The notes under the pieces: generated by a model | Seen by the model: the letters and a program-made list of their open reading frames with translations, nothing else | What the model was told of the DNA's origin: nothing | Database searches by the model: none | Origin: a virus | Lineage: Duplodnaviria; Heunggongvirae; Uroviricota; Caudoviricetes | IMG/VR virus record: IMGVR_UViG_3300039159_000198 | Direction: 5' to 3' (one strand) | DNA length: 64,000 nt | Translations under genes and position numbers: made by a program | In this document: piece by piece, positions 19,392-30,018 of the stretch | Position numbering within the stretch: position 1 is the first letter of the stretch | How the letters are laid out: the number at the start of each line of letters is the position of its first letter

Positions 19392-20063
19392 GAAATGTGG
19401 TGTTGAGAAAGAGTTATGTGAGTTTTATTTTAGAAAAGAGAGGGGTAAATCTGAATCTCAATGTAAAATATGTCGATTAGATGTATAAAAAATCAATTGG
19501 GAGAAAAAAAAAAGTAATTAACCCTGAGTATGATAAAAAGAAGAGAGAAAAGAGACAACAAAATAAGCCAAATGAATTAAAAGAGTACCGTAATAAGTGG
19601 TACTCAAAAAATAAACAATATTGGAAAGATTATAGAGATAAAAATAAAGAAATCCTTAAACTTAAAAAAAAGAATTATAGAGAAAATAATAAAGATAGGG
19701 TAATAGAATCGACAAAAAAATGGATTGATAAAAATTATGAAAAACATCTTGAAAAAAAAAAATAATCATATAATTGCGTGGAGAAGTATGTTATTAAATA
19801 CTATAAAAAGAATAGGAACTATTAAAGAAAGTAGTACAAACGAAGTTTTGGGTTATTCTGAGTTAGAATTAAAAGAACATATTGAAAGGTTATTTGTTGA
19901 AGGTATGTCTTGGAAAAATTGGGGTAAGTGGCATCTTGACCATATAAAACCGGTTTCAAGTTTTGATAAATTAGAAAAAATGTCTATAATTAATTCACTT
20001 GATAATTTACAACCTTTATGGGATGTAGATAACTTAAAAAAATCAAATAAAATAATTAATTAA
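19372..20063 (+). pseudogene. HNH homing endonuclease broken by two frameshifts
   Basis: N-terminal CKKCGVEK...CKIC, basic linker (ORF 19481), C-terminal WHLDHIKP...NLQPLW..DN.KK (ORF 19725); the second shift is at A-run 19752-19762. Confidence 0.8.
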
Positions 20064-20074
20064 AAAAAAATAAT

Positions 20075-20926
20075 ATGGTTTCATATATTGGTGGTAAATC
20101 AAAAATGCAAAACTTCATAGTACCGTTCATACCTAAGGATATTGAAATATTTGTAGAGGCTTTTAGCGGAATGATGTGGGTATTCTTTGGAATGAAGTTG
20201 GAAGATTATCCAAATTTAAAACAAATCGTCTATAACGATTTTAATCCGCTTAATTATAATCTATTTAGATGTGTGATAAATCATCAAAGATTATTAGAAG
20301 AGTGTGAAAAATTAACCGTTCAGGAAAAGAATGTAATTCCAACCAATCCTATTTGTGTTGAAAATTTTAATCGGTTTCAACAGGAGATTTATTCTGATAA
20401 TTTTATATTAGGGAAAGAACCTAACTATGAGGTCGCAGCAAAATATGTTTATGTGTTGACTCAGGTTTTTTCCGGTGCTAACCCATCTAAATCAAAATTT
20501 ATTGATTTAAAAGGTAAATACCATTCAAAATTCACGTCATTTAAAAATAAGTTGAAAAAACCTGAATGGCAAAAAATGTTTGAAAAAATTACTTTTGTCG
20601 AGAATATGGATTTTCAAGAGGTGATTGAGAAATATGATGGACCTAATACTTATTTTTATGTTGACCCACCCTACTACATTGTTGGGGAAGGAAGTTATTA
20701 CTCAAATCATGAGTTTGGAAGAAAAGACCACGAAAGACTAGCGGATAGTTTAAAAGGTATTCAAGGGAAGTTTAGTTTATCTTATTATGATTTCCCACAA
20801 TTACACGAATGGTTTCCACAGGATACTTTTAGATGGGAGAAAAAAGAATTTGCTAAAGCGGCTGCGGCTAAAAAAGGTAAAACACAAACTATGGGTGAGG
20901 AACTTTTAATTATAAATTATAAATAA
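20075..20926 (+). CDS. Dam-like (D12 class) N6-adenine DNA methyltransferase
   Basis: SYIGGKSK, FVEAFSG, YNDFN, YVDPPY. Confidence 0.9.
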   Translation: MVSYIGGKSKMQNFIVPFIPKDIEIFVEAFSGMMWVFFGMKLEDYPNLKQIVYNDFNPLNYNLFRCVINHQRLLEECEKLTVQEKNVIPTNPICVENFNRFQQEIYSDNFILGKEPNYEVAAKYVYVLTQVFSGANPSKSKFIDLKGKYHSKFTSFKNKLKKPEWQKMFEKITFVENMDFQEVIEKYDGPNTYFYVDPPYYIVGEGSYYSNHEFGRKDHERLADSLKGIQGKFSLSYYDFPQLHEWFPQDTFRWEKKEFAKAAAAKKGKTQTMGEELLIINYK

Positions 20927-21004
20927 AATGATAAAAAAACTTTGTGGGTAATAAAATGTTGATTATATTTGCCAACGATATATTTATAATTAAAACAGTT
21001 TAAC

Positions 21005-22324
21005 ATGAAATTTACTAGAATATTAAAGTCAATCATTTTAGAACAGTCAAGATTTGAGGTTTTATATGATGCTCTTACCAAACCATCAGTTGATAAACAG
21101 GGAAATAAAAGTAAACCAAGACTTTCAAAAGAGGAACTAAATACTTTAGTTCAGGCGGACCCAACAACAAAATTAAATGATGTTGATTTGAATAATATGT
21201 CACCGGATGACTTTAAGACTATTAAAGCGGGTAAATATGTTCAATGGTTAATCAAACAATATTTATCCCCTAAAACCGAAAGACAACCTGGTGAAAATGG
21301 TTATGACCGTGAAGTGGCGAATGTTAAGTCAACTTTCATGGAAGACCTTTATAAAGTAACGGATGACTTAAAGAAATTTGAAAGATTTAAAGGAAGAATC
21401 CAAGGGGAAAAAGATATTAACAAATTAACTGTTGACCAATTATATGATGAGGTTAAAGATTTTGACCTTACTTTAGCATCAACGACTAAAGCGGAAAGAA
21501 AATCTGCTGATGTTCACCCTGGGTCTAAATTAGTTTATGATGGGCCTAATTGGAGAGTTGTTGAGATTGAAGACAAAGGACCGGTAGGTAAAGAAGCTGC
21601 GTGTTTCTATGGAGGTAATAACACAGAAACTAGATGGTGTACATCAACTCCGGGTACTGACCAATGGTTTAATCGATATATTAATAAAGGACCGTTGTAT
21701 GTAATTTATAATCCTAACGATACTGATGTTTCTTCGGGTAGTGGGTTACCAAAAAATAGATATCAGTTTCACTTCCCGGATTCTCAATTCATGGATAAAG
21801 ATGATAGACAACAAGATTTAGTTCAGTTATTAACTGGACCTATGGCAGAATTAAAAGATTTCTTTAAACCTGAATTTGCTAAAGGTCTTACGGTTGGTGG
21901 AGAAAAATTGGTTATTGATAGTTTTACTCATGGTGCTGTTGGTAAATTTATTGCTCTTTATGGGTTAGATGATTTGATTGGTAATTTACCGACAACATTA
22001 AAAGAATTCCAAATTCAAAACAAGGATATGAATAACAATATTATTGTTACAATTCCTGAAGAAATTGGACGATTCCAAGATTTGAATATGATTATGTTAG
22101 AGAATTGTGTAAAAAGTATTCCTGACTCGGTTTGTGGGTTGAAGAAACTTAAGTTCTTGTCGTTAATAAATAATTCACAACTTACGGAAATCCCTGAATG
22201 TGTTTCAGATATTCCATCATTATTGTTTCTTAATATCAAAGGTAGTACGAATGTTAATTTACCAAATGCTATTAAAGAGAAAGCGACTGAATTGGGTGGA
22301 GGAATGTGGGACCTTCAAGACTAA
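21005..22324 (+). CDS. YG..TxWCT-domain protein with C-terminal leucine-rich repeats
   Basis: ACFYGGNNTETRWCTS; IPEEIGRFQDL..I.L / IPDSVCGLKKL..L.L / IPECVSDIPSL..L.I repeats. Confidence 0.75.
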   Translation: MKFTRILKSIILEQSRFEVLYDALTKPSVDKQGNKSKPRLSKEELNTLVQADPTTKLNDVDLNNMSPDDFKTIKAGKYVQWLIKQYLSPKTERQPGENGYDREVANVKSTFMEDLYKVTDDLKKFERFKGRIQGEKDINKLTVDQLYDEVKDFDLTLASTTKAERKSADVHPGSKLVYDGPNWRVVEIEDKGPVGKEAACFYGGNNTETRWCTSTPGTDQWFNRYINKGPLYVIYNPNDTDVSSGSGLPKNRYQFHFPDSQFMDKDDRQQDLVQLLTGPMAELKDFFKPEFAKGLTVGGEKLVIDSFTHGAVGKFIALYGLDDLIGNLPTTLKEFQIQNKDMNNNIIVTIPEEIGRFQDLNMIMLENCVKSIPDSVCGLKKLKFLSLINNSQLTEIPECVSDIPSLLFLNIKGSTNVNLPNAIKEKATELGGGMWDLQD

Positions 22325-22340
22325 AACTTAAAACAAAAAT

Positions 22341-22688
22341 ATGGGTGTAGATGTAGAGATTTATTTGAGTGGGATTATTAAATTTTTCAAGGATAATCCC
22401 AAAGATTTACTTAGTTTGGTTCCAAAAAATAAAGAAGAAAAATTCTACTCAATGATTAGAGAGTTATCTCTTGAAAATTATGGGAAAGGGGATGATTATA
22501 TTTTAACTAGGAATCAAATACTTGAAATTTGTGTTCAACTAAACGACCCAAAAAGGGCTAAAACTATTAGTAAAATAGTTGTGGTTAAGGGTATTGATAA
22601 GTTAAAGATGGAACTTGATATTGCGATTGAAAAAGAAGAATACGAGTTGGCAGCGGAACTTAGGGACCAAATAAATAAAATATCATAA
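22341..22688 (+). CDS. protein with C-terminal UVR (UvrB/UvrC) motif
   Basis: LDIAIEKEEYELAAELRDQI. Confidence 0.75.
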   Translation: MGVDVEIYLSGIIKFFKDNPKDLLSLVPKNKEEKFYSMIRELSLENYGKGDDYILTRNQILEICVQLNDPKRAKTISKIVVVKGIDKLKMELDIAIEKEEYELAAELRDQINKIS

Positions 22689-22697
22689 TAACGTAAA

Positions 22698-22729
22698 AAA
22701 AAAGGAGACTAAATTTGGTCTCCTTTTTT
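22698..22729 (+). terminator. intrinsic terminator
   Basis: A-run, GGAGACT/GGTCTCC stem, T-run. Confidence 0.75.
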
Positions 22730-22737
22730 ATTTTAAT

Positions 22738-22745
22738 TATCTTTG
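22738..22745 (+). promoter_or_regulatory. Bacteroidota-type -7 promoter element
   Basis: TATCTTTG 6 nt before ATG 22751. Confidence 0.55.
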
Positions 22746-22750
22746 CTACT

Positions 22751-24415
22751 ATGAGACAAGAGATATTTAAAATACATTATGAGGAATACTTTGCAACTAA
22801 GTATAAGGAATCAAGTCCTATTGATTATCATGAACCAGTAGTTGTTTGTGATGATGATTGTTGGGGGGGAGTTTCTACTGATAATCGACCACGCGAAATA
22901 TCCAAAAAACGACCTTTATTTATTGTGGATAAAAGTATTAATTTTGATGAAAAAATATACATTGAAAACTATGGAAATCGTTTATATGATGTAATGAAAA
23001 CTTATATGATGGTAGTTATTGAAAGAGATGGAGATAAAATTTCTTTAAAATTATTTACGGGGCTTAAGAAAAGAAGTAAGGGTGTTAGTTATTTTAGAAT
23101 TAAAAAGAATCTTTATTACATCACGGTAAATGTTAAGACCGGAGATGTTTACACGGGATTCTTACATGATTTTCAGAAAAAAAGAAAGGCGACTAAACAA
23201 GTTAGGAGAAATACCTTTATCAACGAACCCCTAAATTCAATGAAGTTAAGAATTAGAAATCATTTACGTAAATTTACTTTACCCGATACGATTGTTTCAT
23301 CTGAAATAATTCATACAGTGATTGATACATTTATCACTTCAATAGATGAAGGGCATTATAAGGATTTAAGTAATGACGATAGATTGTTTAAATTTTATTT
23401 AGATAAAAGAGGTATAAAATATCCTAATAATTTTGGGGTTTATAGAAATCATTTAATTGGACCTGAGATTAGAAAAAAACTTAAAAAAAACAATGGAAAA
23501 TTGGTGGATGCTTTTATGGAATCTAAAGATTTAAAAGGTGCTGTTTTAAAAAAATCATTACATGAATGTCACCAAATTAATCTCAATGTTTATGATTATG
23601 CTAAAAAGGTTTTCGGTGATGACAGATTGAATAATGATAATGGAGTTATTACTCAGTTACTTAATACTGAAAGTAGTGCTAATTGTCCTCAATACTCTGA
23701 TGTTTTACTCAACCTATTTAATTCAACTGAACTTAATAAATATTATTCATGTTTCAAGGAGACCTATATTAAGAATAATATGGACACCTATACTTTAAGT
23801 GACCATGTAAGAACCTATTATGAACTACGAGAGTATGGGGTAGATATTAAATGGATGTCAGATGGTATTGATAGAAATATATTTCATCAAGAGCATATGG
23901 ATTGGGCTGATAAATTGTCTCATTACCGAAACGGAAGTTATACTTTAATTTATCCGGATGTTCTTCATAAACTATTGTCTAATAAAATTGATGGTGTCTC
24001 ACCAATTTTATTAACGACATCCCAAGAATATAATGAAGAAAGTTCCATACAATCAAATTGTGTTAAAGGATATATTACAAGACCAACGTCAATTATAATT
24101 TCATTAAGAAATAAAATTGGAGATAGAGCAACAATTGAATATAGTTTTAAGTTGGTAAATGATAACACTACCCTATCCCGGGTACAATCATTAGGTAAAC
24201 GAAATCAAAAATTAGAAGAAGAGTGGAACAATGTTTTATTTAAATTAGACGAAATAATGTTATCTTATGTAAAAGATAAAAACTTTGAGTTTGTTAAGGT
24301 GATAAAAGAAAATCAAATGGGAATGGTAATGAATTCAAATAGTGTGTGGGATAAATACGGATTTTTAGTTTGGGAAGATAAAAAAATAACACAAACTAAT
24401 AGTTTTGTTTGGTAA
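22751..24415 (+). CDS. PcfJ-like domain protein
   Basis: C-terminal EESSIQSNCVKGY...IISLR...TIEY...VQSLGKRN pattern. Confidence 0.7.
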   Translation: MRQEIFKIHYEEYFATKYKESSPIDYHEPVVVCDDDCWGGVSTDNRPREISKKRPLFIVDKSINFDEKIYIENYGNRLYDVMKTYMMVVIERDGDKISLKLFTGLKKRSKGVSYFRIKKNLYYITVNVKTGDVYTGFLHDFQKKRKATKQVRRNTFINEPLNSMKLRIRNHLRKFTLPDTIVSSEIIHTVIDTFITSIDEGHYKDLSNDDRLFKFYLDKRGIKYPNNFGVYRNHLIGPEIRKKLKKNNGKLVDAFMESKDLKGAVLKKSLHECHQINLNVYDYAKKVFGDDRLNNDNGVITQLLNTESSANCPQYSDVLLNLFNSTELNKYYSCFKETYIKNNMDTYTLSDHVRTYYELREYGVDIKWMSDGIDRNIFHQEHMDWADKLSHYRNGSYTLIYPDVLHKLLSNKIDGVSPILLTTSQEYNEESSIQSNCVKGYITRPTSIIISLRNKIGDRATIEYSFKLVNDNTTLSRVQSLGKRNQKLEEEWNNVLFKLDEIMLSYVKDKNFEFVKVIKENQMGMVMNSNSVWDKYGFLVWEDKKITQTNSFVW

Positions 24416-24416
24416 T

Positions 24417-24740
24417 ATGAAAAAATTTAATTATATTGAAAAACTCGAGAGAGAGGGTGAAGAATACTTTTCTGTTATGGATTTACCAACAGCGAACAAT
24501 GAAATTGAGAAATTTATGGATGGCAAGTTTGAACTAGTTAATAGTATTTCAGATATCAAACAAACCTTAAAAATAACTTTTAAAGAAAAACTGTATAAAA
24601 CAAAACAAGAGTTTTATATTTATTTATTAATAACGGAAGATGATAGTGTTGAATGTAGAGTCTATTATAAACAAAAACAATTAGACGAACTTAGATTAAT
24701 CATTGGACAAATTTTAAAACAAACAAATTTATGGAAATAA
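24417..24740 (+). CDS. hypothetical protein
   Basis: ATG 24417, in frame with track ORF 24405. Confidence 0.65.
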   Translation: MKKFNYIEKLEREGEEYFSVMDLPTANNEIEKFMDGKFELVNSISDIKQTLKITFKEKLYKTKQEFYIYLLITEDDSVECRVYYKQKQLDELRLIIGQILKQTNLWK

Positions 24741-24780
24741 CTTTTGGGCGACTTGGTGATATTTCTTAATAAAGACACCA

Positions 24781-25443
24781 ATGAGCGTGGAAAAAGGTAA
24801 AATTTATAAAATAACGAATAAAAAAAAACGGGCTAATTTATATTGGTTGTACTATCAACTCATTAGAGAAAAGATTTTATGAGCATCTCTACCGATGTTT
24901 TAAAACGGATTATAAATCAAAATTGTACAATTCAATGAAAAAATATGGTCAGGAAAATTTTATCATAGAGTTGATTGAAGAATGTGATTTAAGTGTTATT
25001 TATGAAACGGAAAAAAAATATGTTAAAATTTATGATTCGTATAATAATGGATTAAATACTACTTTAGGGGGTGAAGGTTGTTTTGGGTATACTCATTCTC
25101 CGGAAATAAGACAAAAAATTTCTGAAAATACCAAAAATGGTAATTCACATAAAGGTAAAACTTATGAAGAATTATATGGTGATAGAGAGGAAGAAGAAAG
25201 ATTAAAAAGAAAAACTGCGTCAGGATGGAATAAAATGACTGAAAAAGAAAGAAATGAAAGGGTTGAGAATATTAGGAATGGTATTCGTAAAAATTCTAAA
25301 TACAGCGTTGATTTGGTAATTGATGTTAAAAATAAATTAGATGAAGGTTATAAAATAAAACAATTAGAAGAACTTTATCCTGATGTGAAAAAACATTTTT
25401 TTTTTATGATGTAAAAAATGGTAGACGATGGGTTAATATATAA
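24781..25443 (+). pseudogene. GIY-YIG homing endonuclease with NUMOD-like tail, two homopolymer frameshifts
   Basis: MSVEKGKIYKITNKK/NGLIYIGCT...; shifts at A9 24820-24828 and T10 25396-25405. Confidence 0.8.
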
Positions 25444-25457
25444 ATTAAATTATAAAT

Positions 25458-25778
25458 ATGGAAATTACACAAGAATTATTACAAGAAAAAATTAATGATG
25501 GAGGGAAATTAATTATTGACTTCTGGGCCCCGTGGTGTCGCCCCTGCGGTGTGATGAAACCTATATTTGAAAAGGTTTCTGAAGATTATAGAAATGAAAA
25601 TGTTGAAGTTCAATTATATACGTTGAACGTTGAGGAAAATAAAGAATTTGCGTCGTCATTAGGAATTAGGTCAATCCCAACATTAAAATCATTTTCGGGA
25701 GGTAAGGAAGTTTATTCCCAACCTGGTATGAAAACAGAATCACAAATAAAAGAATTGGTTGAGAGTTTATTAAACTAG
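25458..25778 (+). CDS. trxA: thioredoxin
   Basis: DFWAPWCRPC and GIRSIPTL; the active site is CRPC rather than CGPC. Confidence 0.9.
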   Translation: MEITQELLQEKINDGGKLIIDFWAPWCRPCGVMKPIFEKVSEDYRNENVEVQLYTLNVEENKEFASSLGIRSIPTLKSFSGGKEVYSQPGMKTESQIKELVESLLN

Positions 25779-25779
25779 T

Positions 25780-26079
25780 ATGAAAGATTTAAATGTTATA
25801 GTCTACACAATGAAGGGTTGTCCCTTCTGTGTAGATTTTAAGGAATTATTGGTTAAAGAGGGTATAGAGTTTTTCGATAGAGATATCGATGACTATAAAG
25901 ACGAATATGACACGTATGTTCAAATTACGGAAAATGATATGATACCATCTCTATTGATTATTGAGGGTAATGAAAATAATTATGAGTCATTTTTATATGC
26001 CCCTGATAGAAACTACAATGAACTAACAGAGGCTGTTGATATTATTAATCAACACAGAAAAAATGTTGGGTTAATCTAA
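25780..26079 (+). CDS. glutaredoxin-like protein
   Basis: VYTMKGCPFC. Confidence 0.8.
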   Translation: MKDLNVIVYTMKGCPFCVDFKELLVKEGIEFFDRDIDDYKDEYDTYVQITENDMIPSLLIIEGNENNYESFLYAPDRNYNELTEAVDIINQHRKNVGLI

Positions 26080-26813
26080 AATATTATTATACTTTTATTA
26101 ATCTTTTTAATAAAGTCGTATTCTTCAAGTGGGTTGAGTAGTTCGAAACTCCAATCCACTTTTTTTATTTCCTTTTCCAACCAACCCATATCAAAATCAA
26201 ACGTGTCTAATATTGCTGAGGTTAAGTTTGAGTCTTTAACTACTGAAAATAATGGTTCACCATCTTCGGTCTTATTTTTTGATAGATTGAAAATAAGGGT
26301 GTTTACGGGATAGTTTGAAGGAATACTACAAAAGATATGTTTACCATAATAATAATGTAATCTACCCTGTCCTAATGAGTAACCGTGAGGAAACTCTGAA
26401 ATAGATACCATATCTTCATCAGTTATTTCTGTGATAACATAATTGTAGTCGTAAGAAGACTTTTTATTATTATAAGAATCTATTTGATTATGTGTGTATG
26501 AACAGTTGGATGTATTATGATAAACAAACTCAAAATCATTTGGTTTATTCATTTTAACATCGTATTCAAGTAAATCTACGGTATGAGATAATTTAATATT
26601 ACCAATATGGTCTTCGTATTTTTTTAAGAATTCTTCTAGTACTATGGTTAAATCTAAAACTTGGTTATAACTAGTCTTTCCTTTAATTATGAAAAAATTT
26701 TTACAGTCAACAATTTTAATAATTGTGTCTTCGATATGTGGTATTTTGGATAATATAAAATCGGCAAACAAATTGGTTACTAATAGTCTACTTCCGGTAT
26801 TTTTTAAAATCAT
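26076..26813 (-). CDS. hypothetical protein with degenerate MetK (SAM synthetase)-like segments
   Basis: ADFILSKI, FFIIKGKT...LDL, and SAILDTFDF resemble MetK domains; catalytic motifs absent. Confidence 0.5.
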   Translation of the reverse strand: MILKNTGSRLLVTNLFADFILSKIPHIEDTIIKIVDCKNFFIIKGKTSYNQVLDLTIVLEEFLKKYEDHIGNIKLSHTVDLLEYDVKMNKPNDFEFVYHNTSNCSYTHNQIDSYNNKKSSYDYNYVITEITDEDMVSISEFPHGYSLGQGRLHYYYGKHIFCSIPSNYPVNTLIFNLSKNKTEDGEPLFSVVKDSNLTSAILDTFDFDMGWLEKEIKKVDWSFELLNPLEEYDFIKKINKSIIIF

Positions 26814-26888
26814 ATTGAATTATGATAAGAGTTTAATGTTTTGGAAATTATAATAAAATTAAAAAATAAAACGAATAGTTAGTAAAAG

Positions 26889-26918
26889 AAAAAGGACTTA
26901 TTTCTAAGTCCTTTTTTT
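26889..26918. terminator. bidirectional intrinsic terminator
   Basis: AAAAAGGACTTA/TAAGTCCTTTTT perfect stem. Confidence 0.8.
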
Positions 26919-27903
26919 ATATGTAATCGCCGAGTAGTTCGTTTATGTTTCTTCGTATTTCTGAAGAGTCAGGATAGTCGGGTGGATAAAGGGGTAAACA
27001 GGATTCATAATCCGATAATATATCTATAAAATCACCATAATAATCAATACCTTGAGATGTTCCCATATTATTGTAAATATAGTCTCTAATTGTCTCATAA
27101 AAATTTAATATTGGTAGTTCAAGAACCTCAATTTGACTATCTTTTTTACGTGGGTTTGGGATGGTGCCCCATTTACGTTTTTCTACGTCAAATAACCCTT
27201 CTAATTCACTCCAAATTGATTTATAAATTTCTGATTCGTAAGCACTATTATAAGCATTTGAATGGAGGGATTCTAATTCGGATTGTAAATCATCCAAATA
27301 ATTTTCATCAAATAAATATATCATGGATTCCTCATCTTCAACAACATCACTAATATTATCGGGGGTTAAATGAAAAACACCATCATCATCCGCATAATTT
27401 CGGAATAAATCAGGACTATCATCATCAACTTCAATACTTAATTCGTCTGAATTATTTAAAATGTATTTTTTGACTAGTTCCTTATTTTCCGGAGTTAAAT
27501 CTTCAATAACATCATAATATGCATTATCGGTTGTGTTATAAAAACTATCCCGTTCGTAATCTCCATCTAAAACAGATTTGATTGTATTTTGACTTATATT
27601 ATTTCTACCGTCACAAAAAAGATTCCCAAGGTCAGTAATATCTTGTAGGTATAAAACAGGGACCTTACCTTCCTCAAATTTTATGTTACTAAAAGATTTT
27701 TGAACTTCTTCTATAAATTTTTTAGAGTTATTGTTTGATAAATAGTAGAGATAATCATTTTCCATGTAATTTCCCTCTAAATCAAGGTCTTGGATTCTAT
27801 TTCGTTTATCCATTATTTTGAAAAAAGTCTCACTATCATTAAAATATTTTTCAATTTCTAAGTTACCATCGTTAAAGTATTCTATTATTTCGTCTATGTC
27901 CAT
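26917..27903 (-). CDS. hypothetical highly acidic protein
   Basis: 328-aa D/E-rich ORF; TATTTATA upstream on the minus strand (27907-27914). Confidence 0.8.
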   Translation of the reverse strand: MDIDEIIEYFNDGNLEIEKYFNDSETFFKIMDKRNRIQDLDLEGNYMENDYLYYLSNNNSKKFIEEVQKSFSNIKFEEGKVPVLYLQDITDLGNLFCDGRNNISQNTIKSVLDGDYERDSFYNTTDNAYYDVIEDLTPENKELVKKYILNNSDELSIEVDDDSPDLFRNYADDDGVFHLTPDNISDVVEDEESMIYLFDENYLDDLQSELESLHSNAYNSAYESEIYKSIWSELEGLFDVEKRKWGTIPNPRKKDSQIEVLELPILNFYETIRDYIYNNMGTSQGIDYYGDFIDILSDYESCLPLYPPDYPDSSEIRRNINELLGDYI

Positions 27904-27966
27904 AAATATAAATATAAAAAAAGAGACAAATCTCTAAGTCTCTTTGTTTATCTCAATTTCTAAAAA

Positions 27967-28128
27967 TTAGTTTGAGGTTTTGTTTACATTATAGTATTTC
28001 TCAACAGTCTTTTTAATTGATGATTTAATACTTTCTGTTTGTTGTTGTTTTACCTCTTGAGCTTGTTGTGTCAGAACTACCTGTTGTTCAGGTGTTGAGT
28101 TTTGTTTGTTTTTACATGAACATCCCAT
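27967..28128 (-). CDS. small Q-rich protein
   Basis: My translation: MGCSCKNKQNSTPEQQVVLTQQAQEVKQQQTESIKSSIKKTVEKYYNVNKTSN. Confidence 0.6.
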   Translation of the reverse strand: MGCSCKNKQNSTPEQQVVLTQQAQEVKQQQTESIKSSIKKTVEKYYNVNKTSN

Positions 28129-28216
28129 GTTGATTAAATTATTAGAGTTTATTATAATAAATAGTAATTATGGTACAATTATAAAACAAAAGTATATTTA
28201 TTAAATAAAAAACTTT

Positions 28217-29992
28217 ATGAGATTTTCAGAATTAATTATAGAAAGTAGAGAAGATGACTTTAAAAAGAAGTATTCTAAAAAATTTTTACCACAAAACATA
28301 GAAAAAATTGTTAAAATGGTCACTCCAAAATATTTGGAATGGGTAGGAAAAATTATGGATGAAATTAATTTTGATGAATCATTTCCAAAATTAGTTACCG
28401 GACTTAATAGATTTGATAGTATCTCAACTAATCTACCTCTAACAGATATTAATCAATATAAGACTTTAAATGAATTATTAGGGGCTCTTAACACTTATGA
28501 TAACCGAGTAAGACGCGATGTAAAAGAGGTTAAGGGTGGTAAAGTTGTTTTTGATGATGGAAAATATTTTGTTGTTAACCCGTTAAATCATGAATCCTCT
28601 TGTTATTATGGTACTGGTACTAAATGGTGTACTGCGGCTGAAAGTGATACTCACTTTAAAAGATATAATGAGGATGGTAAGTTATTTTATATTATTGATA
28701 GAACTAAACCTACTAATAACCCATTTTATAAAGTTGCTTTATTAAAAAAGTTTGATGGGGAAATGTCTTTTTGGGATGCTGAAGATAATCAAATTCGTCC
28801 AACTGACGTGTTAGTTAAAAATATAATTGGTGAAGAAAAATATAATGAAATTATGTCATCGGTTAACAAATTTTTGGGTGAAGTCTATTCGGAACAATTA
28901 AAAATTTATGCCGATAAGGCTGCTGCTCAAAAAGAGAAACAAAGACTTGAAAAATTAAGGATTGATAATGAACTACAAGAAAAGAAAAATGATGCTCAAG
29001 ATAGACGTGAAGAGGGTGAATGGGACGGTGAATATGACGATATGTCGGATGAAGGCGTAAGGGCTCACGCTTTACTTACTTATATTGAACAATATGAATC
29101 TGTTGGTGTTATGACTAACGAGGATAGAGTTGAGATTACAAGATTAGAAACTGAGATTGACCGACTAAAACAAGAATATGATGATAGCGAAGACCCAAGA
29201 CCGGAATTGTTGGATGGTGTATATGAATTAGAGGAGGAATTAAATGAACTTAAAAATAAAATAGATGTCTACGATATTATCCCAACAGGTGGTTTTTATG
29301 AATGTACTGAATTTGAAGTTCTTACACCTGATTTACAAGATAGACTATATGTTGTTGGTGATGAAGATGAGATGAGAACAAGTGCGTATGATAATATAGA
29401 TGAACTAATTGATGATTTTGGTTATCAAGGTTTTAATATTACATACTTGTCCAATTATATTGATACTGATGAGGTTGTTACTTATGCTGAAGAATTTTTT
29501 GACAATGATGTTAGAGCGTCTCCTGAGAGTTATTTTAATGAGGACCAAAGAGAATTATCTGGGGAACAAGAAGAACAAATTAGAATTAGAAGAAATTTTA
29601 TTGAAAGAACTGAACTTCAAATTTCGAATTTAGATGAAAAATTAGATGGTGGTGAGGATGATGATGATATACAAGAAAAGATTGATGAGTTAAATGAAAT
29701 GATTCAAGAATCTGAAGATATGATTACCGAGATTGAAGAAAACCCTGAAGGAGACTTTCCTGAAGATTTAATTGAGGATATAGTTAACGATAGACTAAGA
29801 GACGTTAGGAGAGACCCTGAAGATTTTATTAGTGAATGGGGGTTAGAGTTAGAAAACTTTATTGATAGAAGAGACTTTATTAATGGTGTTGTTGAAGAAG
29901 ATGGATATGGGTCAGTACTAAATCGTTATGATGGAAGCGTCGATGAAGTTAAGGTTGGTGATACATGGTTTTATGTAATGAGAATTGACTAA
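28217..29992 (+). CDS. YG..TxWCT-domain protein with acidic coiled-coil C-terminus
   Basis: SCYYGTGTKWCTAA; paralogous to 21005 and 53974. Confidence 0.8.
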   Translation: MRFSELIIESREDDFKKKYSKKFLPQNIEKIVKMVTPKYLEWVGKIMDEINFDESFPKLVTGLNRFDSISTNLPLTDINQYKTLNELLGALNTYDNRVRRDVKEVKGGKVVFDDGKYFVVNPLNHESSCYYGTGTKWCTAAESDTHFKRYNEDGKLFYIIDRTKPTNNPFYKVALLKKFDGEMSFWDAEDNQIRPTDVLVKNIIGEEKYNEIMSSVNKFLGEVYSEQLKIYADKAAAQKEKQRLEKLRIDNELQEKKNDAQDRREEGEWDGEYDDMSDEGVRAHALLTYIEQYESVGVMTNEDRVEITRLETEIDRLKQEYDDSEDPRPELLDGVYELEEELNELKNKIDVYDIIPTGGFYECTEFEVLTPDLQDRLYVVGDEDEMRTSAYDNIDELIDDFGYQGFNITYLSNYIDTDEVVTYAEEFFDNDVRASPESYFNEDQRELSGEQEEQIRIRRNFIERTELQISNLDEKLDGGEDDDDIQEKIDELNEMIQESEDMITEIEENPEGDFPEDLIEDIVNDRLRDVRRDPEDFISEWGLELENFIDRRDFINGVVEEDGYGSVLNRYDGSVDEVKVGDTWFYVMRID

Positions 29993-30018
29993 TTTATTTT
30001 CATTAATATATTAGTATT

